This document shows, piece by piece, positions 1 through 8,953 of a DNA stretch of 54,919 nucleotides. Under the pieces are notes generated by a model. The model did no database searches and was not told the origin of the DNA. It was given only the letters and a program-made list of their open reading frames with translations. A program made the position numbers and the translations under genes. Location: positions 1 to 54,919 of IMG/VR virus record IMGVR_UViG_3300027736_000002. One strand, 5' to 3'. Position 1 is the first letter of the stretch, and each line of letters opens with the position of its first letter. The DNA is from a virus (lineage: Duplodnaviria; Caudoviricetes).

Positions 1-127
1 ACGTCTACCACCGCTTGGTGGGTCCAGACCGATGCGCCAGACGGTTTGAAGCTGTTGATGCGTCGTGGCTTGGAGAAGTCTATGGAAGGCGACTTTGAGA
101 CTGACTCCATGCGCTACAAAGCGACAG
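1..127. repeat. Terminal direct repeat (127 bp, identical to 54793-54919); circular assembly overlap
   Basis: ACGTCTACCACC...AAAGCGACAG occurs at both ends; the capsid reading frame continues across the join. Confidence 0.97.
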
Positions 128-186
128 AGCGTTACGTGCTGGGTTGGACTGACCCACGCGGCGTTTTCGGAACCCCTGGGATCTAA
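1..186 (+). CDS. Major capsid protein, 3' part (continues from 54064 across the join)
   Basis: Frame 1 reads TSTTAWWVQTDAPDGLKLLMRR...RYKATERYVLGWTDPRGVFGTPGI*, in frame with ATG 54064; 304 aa in total. Confidence 0.9.
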   Translation, partial: TSTTAWWVQTDAPDGLKLLMRRGLEKSMEGDFETDSMRYKATERYVLGWTDPRGVFGTPGI

Positions 187-198
187 GACTACGGGCTT

Positions 199-227
199 TA
201 ACCCTCAACTCACAAGGTTGGGGGTTA
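199..227 (+). terminator. Stem-loop just after the capsid gene (possible terminator or stabiliser, weak U-tract)
   Basis: TAACCCTCAAC-TCACAAG-GTTGGGGGTTA, 11-bp stem with one G-U pair. Confidence 0.5.
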
Positions 228-239
228 TGGAGGTAGTTT

Positions 240-310
240 TAATGCGTCTGACAGCTTAGACCTCAAGCTGACGACATGCAGACAGACGCATTACACTTGC
301 ATGTAAGGAA
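240..310 (+). promoter_or_regulatory. Structured RNA leader with candidate pseudoknot abutting the RBS of the 316 gene
   Basis: Stem TAATGCGTCTG(240-250)/CAGACGCATTA(283-293); inner hairpin CAGCTT/AAGCTG; ACATGCA(274-280) complementary to TGCATGT(298-304), next to AAGGA. Confidence 0.55.
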
Positions 311-315
311 ACATC

Positions 316-795
316 ATGGCATCCACGACCTTTTCGGGCCCAGTAACGTCCACCAATGGATTCATTACTGGTTCAGGCTCACTCGTTCAAATCACGGCTG
401 CAACTACAGCCACTAGCGCAGCAAATGCTGGGCGCTTGAATCTGTTTAACGTAGCTGCCGGGGCAATCGTTACACTGCCTGCGGCTACTGGCAGTGGCAA
501 CCAATACAATTTTGCCGTGCAAACCACAGTCACTAGCAACAACTATGTTGTGCAAGTTGCAAACGCTACTGATGTAATGGCGGGTCGCGCCGTCATGTTG
601 CAAGACGCCGCCGATACAGTAGTCGGCTTTGAAACCGTTGCCGCATCTGACACTATTACCCTAAACGGCACCACCAAAGGCGGCACCAAGGGCGATACGA
701 TCTACATCACAGATATTGCCAGTGGATTGTTTTTGGTACATTGCAATTTGACCGGCACCGGCACAGAAGCTACACCATTCAGCGCTGCTGTTTGA
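316..795 (+). CDS. Virion structural protein (capsid-associated fibre/decoration-like)
   Basis: 159 aa, T/A/G-rich beta-type sequence, MASTTFSGPV start, RBS present, directly after the capsid gene. Confidence 0.65.
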   Translation: MASTTFSGPVTSTNGFITGSGSLVQITAATTATSAANAGRLNLFNVAAGAIVTLPAATGSGNQYNFAVQTTVTSNNYVVQVANATDVMAGRAVMLQDAADTVVGFETVAASDTITLNGTTKGGTKGDTIYITDIASGLFLVHCNLTGTGTEATPFSAAV

Positions 796-808
796 TCGGG
801 AGATCAAC

Positions 809-1219
809 ATGGCTGACGCAGTAGCATCACAAACTCTACTTGACGGCGAACGGCTGTTCATCGCCAAGTTTACAAACATATCTGACGGTACAGGTGAGAC
901 CGGCGTTGTAAAAATTGATGTCACCACTCTTGCGCGAAATTCTTTTAATTTGGCATGCAATGGTGTCAAAATCAACAAAATCTGGGCCACTACTCATGGC
1001 ATGGAAGTACGCATTCTTTGGGATGCTAGCACGGACGTATTTGCGTGGTTAGTTCCTCAGAATACAAACTACCTGATGGATTTCTCTTCTTTTGGCGGCT
1101 TGCAAAACAATGGTGGGACCGGAGTAACTGGAAACGTACTGTTTACCACTTCAGATGCTTCTAGTGGTGACATGTACACCATTGTCCTCGAATGTATCAA
1201 AACCTACGCAAGCGCGTAA
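809..1219 (+). CDS. Conserved phage virion protein, function unknown
   Basis: 136-aa ORF with GGGAG RBS in the head module. Confidence 0.65.
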   Translation: MADAVASQTLLDGERLFIAKFTNISDGTGETGVVKIDVTTLARNSFNLACNGVKINKIWATTHGMEVRILWDASTDVFAWLVPQNTNYLMDFSSFGGLQNNGGTGVTGNVLFTTSDASSGDMYTIVLECIKTYASA

Positions 1220-1230
1220 AAGGAAATAAC

Positions 1231-1614
1231 ATGGGCTGCACTTACGTAAAAGAGTTTAGTTTCGGCGGCAAGGTTACACCCACCGTAGCCGTGCATAAGC
1301 ATGAGAAAGCTTTGCACCCTGGCAAGCCAATGACCAAAATGGCCAAGGGCGGCAAGGTGATGGAGAAGGCCACAGGTGAGGTCTACCCAAGCCGCAAGGC
1401 CATGATGATGCATGAGAAGGAGGAAACTCCTAGGATGCAACGCGAAGAGATCATGCAAAAGTCTAGCATGCGTGCACCTCGCCGCTCAGTACCCGTAGCT
1501 CCAATGGCTCCGATGATTGCCATGAACAAGGGTGGTATGCACAAGATGCCTGACGGAAAAATGATGAAGAACTCCGCCATGAAAAAAGGTGGCATGGCAA
1601 ATTCAAATTGCTAA
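1231..1614 (+). CDS. Small basic Met/Lys-rich protein with four xxxGG motifs (possible internal head protein)
   Basis: AAGGAA RBS before ATG 1231; FSFGG, MAKGG, MNKGG, MKKGG motifs. Confidence 0.65.
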   Translation: MGCTYVKEFSFGGKVTPTVAVHKHEKALHPGKPMTKMAKGGKVMEKATGEVYPSRKAMMMHEKEETPRMQREEIMQKSSMRAPRRSVPVAPMAPMIAMNKGGMHKMPDGKMMKNSAMKKGGMANSNC

Positions 1615-1628
1615 TTTGAGCTTATAAT
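1606..1628 (+). promoter_or_regulatory. Putative late promoter (-10 TATAAT)
   Basis: TTGCTAATTTGAGCT-TATAAT; similar upstream context at 8884-8904 and 52841-52861. Confidence 0.5.
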
Positions 1629-1683
1629 TTAGTCTTCCGGGCGTGCTGAAACAGCGGCCACTTGACCCCAACCCGGAGCTGGT

Positions 1684-2664
1684 ATGGCGTTTTCTGGCAA
1701 TGTAAGCGGCACAACATTCAATGCGCTAAAGGTAGTCGACCATGCCTTTAGGCGTTGCCGTTTGCCTGCGCAAGCCATTACTGCTGAGATGCAGACTTAT
1801 GCACTAGAGTCACTCTACTTGCAGTTGTCTGAAATGGCAAACATCAAGACTCCTAGTTGGTGCATTGAAAAACTCATCTTGCCCTTCTACGAAAACCAGG
1901 AGATTATCCCTCTCCCTGTCGGCACGGTAGAGGTGCTCAATGCTAACTACCGAGTCATTCAGCCGGTGACTGGCACAGAAACAACAACCAGCACGTCGTA
2001 TACAGTCAACTTTGGCTCAGCCACGGTGGTAGACACGATTGGCATTGAATGGTCAGGCACCTCAGTTACTGTCACGTTTCAGGTCTCAACGAACGGCACA
2101 ACTTGGGTTACAGTCGGTAGCTCGTCGGTGGCCGCAGTTGCAGGTGAGATTGTTTGGACAGATATTTCCGGCGCTCTTGCGTACCAGTACTTCAGGATCA
2201 CCTCTGCTAGCACAATCCTTTATACGACCATTACGCTGGGCAACATGCCTCAGGAAATACCCTTTGGTGTGCTGAACAGGGATACCTACGTTGCGCAGTC
2301 AAACAAGGTTTTTCCAGGCAGGCCTAATAGCTACTGGTTTCAACGAGACATTCCAGAGCCTGTGATGCATGTGTGGCCCGCGCCATTTGCTGGCGCTGAG
2401 CAAGCCCAACTTATCGTTTGGCGTCATCGGCACATCATGGATACCGAAAACTTGCAGCAAGACGTTGAGGTGCCGCAGCGTTGGTTGGAAGCCATTGTGA
2501 ACGGGCTAGCCGCTAAGGTGGCCTCAGAAACAGCTCAAGTAGACATTAATTTGATTCCGATTCTTGAGCAGAAATATTTGGCGTCTCGTCAAACAGCTTG
2601 GGATGGCGACAATGATGGTTCGCCAATCTTTATCCAGCCTGCCATCGGTGCGTACACGCGATGA
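1684..2664 (+). CDS. Head-tail connector/adaptor-like protein with inserted beta-sandwich domain
   Basis: 326 aa; helical N- and C-termini (DVEVPQRWLEAIVNGLA) flank a discoidin-like insert (FQVSTNGTTW...YQYFRI). Confidence 0.55.
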   Translation: MAFSGNVSGTTFNALKVVDHAFRRCRLPAQAITAEMQTYALESLYLQLSEMANIKTPSWCIEKLILPFYENQEIIPLPVGTVEVLNANYRVIQPVTGTETTTSTSYTVNFGSATVVDTIGIEWSGTSVTVTFQVSTNGTTWVTVGSSSVAAVAGEIVWTDISGALAYQYFRITSASTILYTTITLGNMPQEIPFGVLNRDTYVAQSNKVFPGRPNSYWFQRDIPEPVMHVWPAPFAGAEQAQLIVWRHRHIMDTENLQQDVEVPQRWLEAIVNGLAAKVASETAQVDINLIPILEQKYLASRQTAWDGDNDGSPIFIQPAIGAYTR

Positions 2665-2960
2665 TATACCTAGACGTTTCTGGTCAGGCTACCTACGGGA
2701 TTGCCATATGCGGACGGTGTTCACGCAAGTTCTTACTTGCTGAACTGTCACCGGACCCAAATTCGCCGGGCCTTATGGTTTGCAAAGAAGACCTAGATGA
2801 CTATGATCCGTACCGACTTGCACCCCGAGCGCCTGACCAGATTGTGCTGCCTTTCACCCGCCCTGACACCCCTATCAATACGCATCCTGCAGGGTTGATA
2901 CAGGAAGCAGGTGACTTGTTCATCACTACCGAAGACGGTGATGAGTACTTGGAGATTTGA
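2661..2960 (+). CDS. Small Cys-motif phage protein
   Basis: 99 aa, AICGRC...LMVC, ATGA overlap with the upstream gene. Confidence 0.65.
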   Translation: MIYLDVSGQATYGIAICGRCSRKFLLAELSPDPNSPGLMVCKEDLDDYDPYRLAPRAPDQIVLPFTRPDTPINTHPAGLIQEAGDLFITTEDGDEYLEI

Positions 2961-4715
2961 ATGTCAGTACCTAGCAACCTAATCCCAACGCGAATCACGC
3001 AGCTTCCAACAGCTCCTGTAGCTGATGATAACAGTTTGATGATGATTGTCTACCAAGGCAACAACTACAAGATTCGTGTCGGTGACTTGCTAACTGTGGC
3101 AGGGGTTCCTATAACCCGGCAAGTGATTGCCGGTACAGGTTTGACAGGCGGCGGTGCGCTTTCTAGCAATGTGACTCTCAGTGTTGCGGTTGCTGGAATA
3201 GGGGCCACCCAGCTTAATGCCACAGGTGTAACCCCTGGTGTTTATGGTGACGCCACAAACATTCCGGTTTTCACGGTTGACTCAAACGGTCGCTTGGCTA
3301 CCGCAACCACTACACCGGCTGCCGTCCCATCGGTTACCGGCACGGCCAATCAAATTACTATATCGGCTGGGCCAACGATAGCCATAGCCAACAACCCCGT
3401 AGTTCCCGGCACGGGCGGCATGATTCTGCCCGTCGGCACGACAGGTCAGCGCGGAACATCAAGCGACGGCAATCTGCGGTACAACACCACAACGGCCAGT
3501 TTTGAGGGCTACGCCAACGGTGCATGGGGTTCCATTGTCAGCGGCTCCGGCGTCAGTTCAATTTCTTTTGGTTCAACCGGCTTGACTCCATCTACAACGA
3601 GTACAGGGGTTGTCACCGTTGCAGGAACATTAGCGGTACTCAACGGAGGCACCGGCGTTACCACATCCACAGGAACGACAAATGTCGTGCTGTCCAACAG
3701 CCCAACGCTGGTAACGCCGAATCTTGGCACGCCAACTGTTTTGGTTGGCACAAACATCACGGGAACGGCCACAGCTTTTACCGCAAGCAACGTCACAACC
3801 AATGCCAATCTGACAGGTGATGTGACATCGGTAGGAAACGCAACCACGCTTGCCACAGTGGCTTCGGCAGGCTCTACAGGGTCTAGCACAGCAATCCCTG
3901 TCATCACCATCAACGCCAAGGGCTTGACGACAAGCATCAGCACGGCAGCAGTCATTGCGCCCGCAGGAACCCTGTCTGGTGCAACGCTGGCATCTGGGGT
4001 TACAGCCTCCTCGCTGACAAGTTTGGGAACGATTACAAGCCTTGTGGTGACGGCAGGAACCATTGCCACAACGCCGTCAGCGGCCACAGACATTGCCAAC
4101 AAGTCGTATGTCGATACTGTTGCACAGGGCTTGGATACCAAAGCCTCCGTGGTGGCTGGAACAACGGCAAACATCACACTGTCTGGAGCGCAGACCATTG
4201 ATGGCATCTCAATCGTTGCAACTGACCGTGTTTTGGTAAAGAACCAAACAGCGCCAGCGGAAAACGGGATTTATGTTGCGTCGGCCACAGCATGGGCAAG
4301 AGCGGCTGACATGAGTACATGGGCACAAGTTCCCGGCGCTTACGTCTTTATTGAAACAGGAACCACACTGGCCGACACAGGTTGGGTCTGCACAAGTGAC
4401 GCAGGCGGCACAATCAATGTCACCGCCATGACTTGGGCGCAGTTCTCAGGCGCTGGCTCTGGGGTGAGTTCAATCACCTTTGGCACAACAGGGCTGACAC
4501 CCGCAACCACGACGACTGGCGCGGTGACGGTTGCAGGCACTTTGGCTATTGCCAACGGCGGAACCAACTCAACTGCAACTGCAACTGCGGGTGGCTCTGC
4601 ATACGGCACTGGAACTGCATTTGCGTTCACTGCGGCAGGAACTGCTGGGCAAGTATTAACATCGGCAGGAGCCAGCGCACCAGTGTGGGCAGGCATCTCG
4701 GGCGGAACATTTTAA
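2961..4715 (+). CDS. Tail fibre protein
   Basis: 584 aa, G/T/A-rich; LRYNTTTASFEGY and DRVLVKNQT fibre motifs; internal duplication GSGVSSIxFGxTGLTP. Confidence 0.8.
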   Translation: MSVPSNLIPTRITQLPTAPVADDNSLMMIVYQGNNYKIRVGDLLTVAGVPITRQVIAGTGLTGGGALSSNVTLSVAVAGIGATQLNATGVTPGVYGDATNIPVFTVDSNGRLATATTTPAAVPSVTGTANQITISAGPTIAIANNPVVPGTGGMILPVGTTGQRGTSSDGNLRYNTTTASFEGYANGAWGSIVSGSGVSSISFGSTGLTPSTTSTGVVTVAGTLAVLNGGTGVTTSTGTTNVVLSNSPTLVTPNLGTPTVLVGTNITGTATAFTASNVTTNANLTGDVTSVGNATTLATVASAGSTGSSTAIPVITINAKGLTTSISTAAVIAPAGTLSGATLASGVTASSLTSLGTITSLVVTAGTIATTPSAATDIANKSYVDTVAQGLDTKASVVAGTTANITLSGAQTIDGISIVATDRVLVKNQTAPAENGIYVASATAWARAADMSTWAQVPGAYVFIETGTTLADTGWVCTSDAGGTINVTAMTWAQFSGAGSGVSSITFGTTGLTPATTTTGAVTVAGTLAIANGGTNSTATATAGGSAYGTGTAFAFTAAGTAGQVLTSAGASAPVWAGISGGTF

Positions 4716-4724
4716 GGAACTCTC

Positions 4725-6518
4725 ATGGCACAAAGCGGCTACACCCCAATCTCCCTTTACTACTCGGCAACAGGCGCTGCTGTCCCGTCGGCTGGAAACC
4801 TAGTTGCTGGTGAATTGGCACTCAATACCAACGACGGCAAGCTGTACTTCAAGAACAGTTCTGGCGTAGTCACCCTGCTGGCAGGCTCAACTTCTGGCCC
4901 TGCTGGTGGCTCGACCACTCAGGTGCAGTACAACAATGCTGGCGTACTGGCAGGGATTACAGGCGCTACAAGCAACGGCACAGTACTGACCCTTGTTGCC
5001 CCTGTCCTTGGAGCAGCCACAGCCACATCACTGCAAGGCATCATTGGCAACGTCACCCCGGCTGCTGGTTCATTCACAACCCTCGGCGCATCGTCCACGG
5101 CTACGCTCAACACGCTTGTGTCAAGCGGTGCAACGCTGACGGGCGGGTCAATCAACGGCATGACTGTCGGCGCTACGACTGCGACCACGGGTGCGTTTAC
5201 TACGGTGAGTGCTACGGGTGATGTAACTCTTTCAACCCAGATTCTTTTAAACAACAATAAATATATTGGGTTTAAAAACACTACTGGTACTTATGCGGCT
5301 TCAATTTTTAACGACACATCCAATTTTTTAAATCTATATAACAGCGGCAATACAGGCACAATTTTCTATGTAAACGCTGCCGAACAAATGCGCTTGACCA
5401 GTGCAGGTCTAGCAGTCACCGGGACGCTGAGTGCTACGGGCACATTAAGCGGCGGCACAAGCGGCACAGCGTACAGCTTCTCAGGCAGTGCGCCAGCGAC
5501 CAGCTTGACGTTGGATAGCAGCGGTAACTTGGGCTTGGGGGTTACTCCGAGTGCTTGGAGTAGCGCAAGCAGACCCGCATTGCAATTAACAAATGGTGCG
5601 GCTTTGTTTAGTCGTAGTGCGGCTACTGCATTAGGTCAAAATGTTTTTTATAACAGCAGTGATGCTTCGGCATATATTGCTAATGGTTTTGCCACCTTGT
5701 ATTACCAAACAAGCGGCCAACACGCTTGGTACACGGCCCCAAGTAACTCATCTGGTGCAGGAGCAACACCTGTTTCCTTCACCCAAGCAATGACGCTGGA
5801 TGCAAGCGGTAACTTGGGTATTGGGACGAGTTCGCCTGCACAGAAACTTGGACTAAGCAGCGCGGATACTACTGGAACGGCTATAAACATCATCAACACC
5901 AGCACCGGCGGCTACAACTGGAACATATTCTCAGTTGGATCGTCGTCTGTTGTTGGCAATGTGGGCAGTCTTGCGTTTAGGGACAGCACCAATGGTGTTA
6001 CTCGCGCCGTTATCGACTCCAGCGGTAACTTGCTGGTGGGGACTACGACAGCAAGAGCGCAAATAACTACCGATTTTAATGGTTCAGCAACTAATGGTAT
6101 TGCATTAAATGATACTGCTTCAGCAAGCGGTACTGTTTTTGCTAACTTTTTTGTAAGTGGTACTAGTATTGGTTCTATTACAAGAATTGGTTCTACAAGT
6201 GCCGTTGCATTTAATACGACCTCTGACCAACGACTTAAATCAAAGATTCAAAATGCAAACCCAGTTCTTGAAAAATTGATGCAAGTCCAAGTCCGTCAAT
6301 ACGATTGGACTGTTGGTGATTTACATCAAGAGTATGGTTTTATTGCACAAGAACTTGAGCCTGTTTTGAATGGCGTAGTTACCAAAGGCAAAACTGAAAA
6401 TGATATGTGGCAACTTGACTATTCAAAGTTAACGCCACACTTAGTCAAAGCAATGCAAGAACAACAAGCCCTCATCACTCAACTCACCGCTCGTATCACT
6501 GCACTGGAGACAACATGA
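4725..6518 (+). CDS. Tail fibre with C-terminal intramolecular chaperone (peptidase S74-like)
   Basis: 597 aa; GELALNTNDGKLYFK N-terminus, repeated LDxSGNLGIG units, C-terminal SDQRLK...GFIAQEL...coiled coil. Confidence 0.85.
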   Translation: MAQSGYTPISLYYSATGAAVPSAGNLVAGELALNTNDGKLYFKNSSGVVTLLAGSTSGPAGGSTTQVQYNNAGVLAGITGATSNGTVLTLVAPVLGAATATSLQGIIGNVTPAAGSFTTLGASSTATLNTLVSSGATLTGGSINGMTVGATTATTGAFTTVSATGDVTLSTQILLNNNKYIGFKNTTGTYAASIFNDTSNFLNLYNSGNTGTIFYVNAAEQMRLTSAGLAVTGTLSATGTLSGGTSGTAYSFSGSAPATSLTLDSSGNLGLGVTPSAWSSASRPALQLTNGAALFSRSAATALGQNVFYNSSDASAYIANGFATLYYQTSGQHAWYTAPSNSSGAGATPVSFTQAMTLDASGNLGIGTSSPAQKLGLSSADTTGTAINIINTSTGGYNWNIFSVGSSSVVGNVGSLAFRDSTNGVTRAVIDSSGNLLVGTTTARAQITTDFNGSATNGIALNDTASASGTVFANFFVSGTSIGSITRIGSTSAVAFNTTSDQRLKSKIQNANPVLEKLMQVQVRQYDWTVGDLHQEYGFIAQELEPVLNGVVTKGKTENDMWQLDYSKLTPHLVKAMQEQQALITQLTARITALETT

Positions 6519-6814
6519 CAACCACTTGGACAATCACCCAGACCAACTACGAAACCGCAACGGGTTTCATCACCACAGCCCACTGGACTGCCACAGCAGT
6601 AGATGAGGGCTACACCGCATCAATCTGGTCAACCTGTTCATGGCAACCGGGTACGCCCACCATCCCCTACGCCAGCGTCACGATGCAAGAAGTTTTGGAT
6701 TGGTGCTACGCATCAGGCGTGGACAAGGACGCAACTGAGGCAGCACTGGCACAGCAGATTGCATTGCAGAAGAACCCCGTAACCGCCACTGGCACACCTT
6801 GGACAACAGCATGA
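6515..6814 (+). CDS. Small tail-fibre-associated protein
   Basis: 99 aa coupled to the fibre gene; IPYASVTMQEVLDWC and GTPW motifs. Confidence 0.65.
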   Translation: MTTTWTITQTNYETATGFITTAHWTATAVDEGYTASIWSTCSWQPGTPTIPYASVTMQEVLDWCYASGVDKDATEAALAQQIALQKNPVTATGTPWTTA

Positions 6815-6957
6815 CCCTCGACCTCGACATCAACGAAATCAATTTCATCCTGCAAACCTTGGGCGAGTTGCCCAGCAAATCAGGCGTGTGGCCCTTGATT
6901 GTCAAAATCAAAGAGCAAGCCGAGGCGCAAGTAACGAAAGCAAAAGATGAACCTTGA
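6811..6957 (+). CDS. Small hypothetical protein (48 aa), not in the ORF track
   Basis: MTLDLDINEINFILQTLGELPSKSGVWPLIVKIKEQAEAQ...; ATGA overlap. Confidence 0.65.
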   Translation: MTLDLDINEINFILQTLGELPSKSGVWPLIVKIKEQAEAQVTKAKDEP

Positions 6958-7111
6958 AGCACAATTCACAAGCCATGAAGCGGTCTGCGCCGAACGATAC
7001 GCGCAGATAAATGCAAGGCTAAAACGATTAGAGGGCGTGATTATGAAGACCGCCGGGGTGCTTATCGTCAGTATGTCAGCTATCGTTTATGCGTCACTCA
7101 CATTCCGTTGA
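6947..7111 (+). CDS. Small coiled-coil plus TM protein (54 aa), lysis region
   Basis: MNLEAQFTSHEAVCAERYAQINARLKRLE followed by a hydrophobic C-terminus. Confidence 0.65.
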   Translation: MNLEAQFTSHEAVCAERYAQINARLKRLEGVIMKTAGVLIVSMSAIVYASLTFR

Positions 7112-7113
7112 TC

Positions 7114-7266
7114 ATGGAGTTTTTCGAAGCACTGGCAAAAGGTTGGCCGATGCTGTTGGCGCTGATAACGCTCATCATCGTGCTGGCGAAGATGGACATC
7201 AAAATCGCCGTGCTTGAGGAAAAAGTTAAATCGTTGTTTGAGATTTTCAACCGCAAAGACAAATGA
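7114..7266 (+). CDS. Small membrane protein (50 aa)
   Basis: MEFFEALAKGWPMLLALITLIIVLAKMD..., one TM segment. Confidence 0.6.
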   Translation: MEFFEALAKGWPMLLALITLIIVLAKMDIKIAVLEEKVKSLFEIFNRKDK

Positions 7267-7487
7267 AAGCCAAGCTCACCTTCTTCGTTACGCTCATGGT
7301 CAGCATGACCTTGTGTATTGTTGTCCTGTCAATGTCCGGTGTAATGCTGATGGGCCTGTTTGACGAAAAGGTGGACAACAATAAAATTTTTGAGTTGGTT
7401 GGCCCTGCGTTTCAAACCATCGTCGGTGGTTTCATTGGCCTACTTGCTGGCGTCAAACTGTCCCATGAGGAAGAAAAGAAATGCTGA
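7263..7487 (+). CDS. Two-TM membrane protein (holin/antiholin candidate)
   Basis: 74 aa with two hydrophobic segments, upstream of the endolysin. Confidence 0.6.
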   Translation: MKAKLTFFVTLMVSMTLCIVVLSMSGVMLMGLFDEKVDNNKIFELVGPAFQTIVGGFIGLLAGVKLSHEEEKKC

Positions 7488-7972
7488 CCCTACTCTCAAC
7501 CCTAATCTCCTTCCTCGCTGGTGGCCTGCCCAAGCTGCTGGGTTTCTTCCAAGACCGCGCTGACAAGAAGCATGAAATGGCAATGGCCCAGTTGCAGATC
7601 GAGCGTGAGCTTGAGCTACGCAAAGCCGGGTTTGAGGCCCAGCAGCGAGTGGAGGAGATCAAAGTTGAGGGTCAAGCAATAGAAGCCGAGGCGTCAGAAC
7701 GGGCTGCGCTGTACGCGCACGACATAGCCATCGGGCAGGGTGCATCACAGTGGATGATCAATCTGCGCTCCGGTGTGCGCCCGATACTGACCTATGGGTT
7801 CTTCGGGCTGTTTGCCTTTGTCGAGATCGGCGGGTTTGTGTACGCATGGCAGCGGGACATTGCATTTGATGTGCTGATTGCCAAACTGTGGGACGCCGAC
7901 ACCCAGATCATCTTTGCGTCCATCATCAGCTTTCACTTCGGTGGACGGGCATTTAAAGGCGGCAAAGATTGA
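7481..7972 (+). CDS. Holin-like membrane protein (3TM type)
   Basis: 163 aa; N-terminal TM, coiled coil, LRSGVRPILTY, two C-terminal TMs ending FHFGGR; adjacent to the lysozyme. Confidence 0.65.
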   Translation: MLTLLSTLISFLAGGLPKLLGFFQDRADKKHEMAMAQLQIERELELRKAGFEAQQRVEEIKVEGQAIEAEASERAALYAHDIAIGQGASQWMINLRSGVRPILTYGFFGLFAFVEIGGFVYAWQRDIAFDVLIAKLWDADTQIIFASIISFHFGGRAFKGGKD

Positions 7973-8445
7973 AAGTCTCCGACCGGTGCAAAGAGATGAT
8001 CAAGCACCATGAGGGAGTGCGGTACAAGCCTTACCGTTGCCCAGCAAAACTTTGGACTGTAGGAGTAGGCCATGTTTTATACCCCGCTCAAGGACGTCTT
8101 CCTCTGGATCAAAGAGACGCTTTCCCGCTGGAGCCGCATGACAACCGTACTTTTTCGAGCGACGAAGTAGATGGAACCCTTGCTTTTGATCTCCAGCGAT
8201 TTGAAACTGGGGTCGCCAGACTTTTTCCTATGGGTCTTACCACAGGTCAAAACGATGCTCTCGTCAGCTTTGCTTTTAATTTGGGTCTGGGGGGAGTACA
8301 GCGAAGCACCCTCCGTCAAAAGGTTCTTCGGGGTGAGACGCAAGAAGCTGCCGACGAGTTCTTGAAGTTTACGAGGGGCGGGGGTAAAATTCTTCCGGGT
8401 TTGGTCAAGCGTAGAAACGATGAACGAGCTTTATTTTTATCTTAA
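7969..8445 (+). CDS. Endolysin, GH24 phage lysozyme
   Basis: IKHHEGVRYKPYRCPAKLWTVGVGH, DALVSFAFNLG, LPGLVKRRNDERALF. Confidence 0.93.
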   Translation: MKVSDRCKEMIKHHEGVRYKPYRCPAKLWTVGVGHVLYPAQGRLPLDQRDAFPLEPHDNRTFSSDEVDGTLAFDLQRFETGVARLFPMGLTTGQNDALVSFAFNLGLGGVQRSTLRQKVLRGETQEAADEFLKFTRGGGKILPGLVKRRNDERALFLS

Positions 8446-8457
8446 TGGAGAAACAAA

Positions 8458-8604
8458 ATGAAACCTGGACTTTACGCAAACATACACGCCAAGCAAGAAC
8501 GCATCAAAGCTGGAAGCAAGGAAAAGATGAACAAGGTCGGCAGCAAAGCAGCGCCTACTGCCAAAGACTTTAAAGACTCGGCAAAAACAGCAAAGAAGAA
8601 ATGA
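8458..8604 (+). CDS. Small basic protein (48 aa), not in the ORF track
   Basis: GGAG RBS; MKPGLYANIHAKQERIKAGSKEKM...SAKTAKKK*. Confidence 0.7.
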   Translation: MKPGLYANIHAKQERIKAGSKEKMNKVGSKAAPTAKDFKDSAKTAKKK

Positions 8605-8876
8605 AAGAGTCTGGCAAAAATCCAAAGGGTGGCTTAAATGCCGCAGGTCGAGCTGCTTACCATGCAGAGACCGGCGGCACGTTAAGGCCGCCAGTCAAGT
8701 CTGGTGACAACCCTCGTCGTGCATCTTTTTTGGCACGAATGGGCAATATGCCAGGGCCAGAACGCAAAGATGGTGAACCCACCAGGCTGCTGCTTAGTCT
8801 CAAGGCGTGGGGTGCTAGCAGCAAGGAAGACGCACGCTCTAAAGCCAAAAGCATCTCAGCGAGAAATAAAAAATGA
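8601..8876 (+). CDS. Small basic conserved phage protein
   Basis: 91 aa; GKNPKGGLNAAGRA...RRASFLARM...SLKAW. Confidence 0.7.
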   Translation: MKESGKNPKGGLNAAGRAAYHAETGGTLRPPVKSGDNPRRASFLARMGNMPGPERKDGEPTRLLLSLKAWGASSKEDARSKAKSISARNKK

Positions 8877-8883
8877 GCCTTAT

Positions 8884-8904
8884 TTGCAAAATTGGGTTTA
8901 TAAT
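8884..8904 (+). promoter_or_regulatory. Putative late promoter (-10 TATAAT)
   Basis: TTGCAAAATTGGGTT-TATAAT in an intergenic gap. Confidence 0.5.
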
Positions 8905-8953
8905 TCGCACCTGAGCATATGCTGCACCAGCTGCTATCATCAACGAGGCACTT

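Noticed and set aside
1-127. Terminal repeat as a biological direct terminal repeat
   Set aside because: It falls mid-capsid gene and its 127-bp length matches a common assembler k-mer overlap
65-259. 64-aa ORF from the track
   Set aside because: Out-of-frame overlap with the capsid 3' end and the downstream hairpin
266-300. Hammerhead ribozyme (CTGACGA core)
   Set aside because: CTGACGA is present, but the required stem II followed by GAAA and a correctly placed cleavage triplet are not evident
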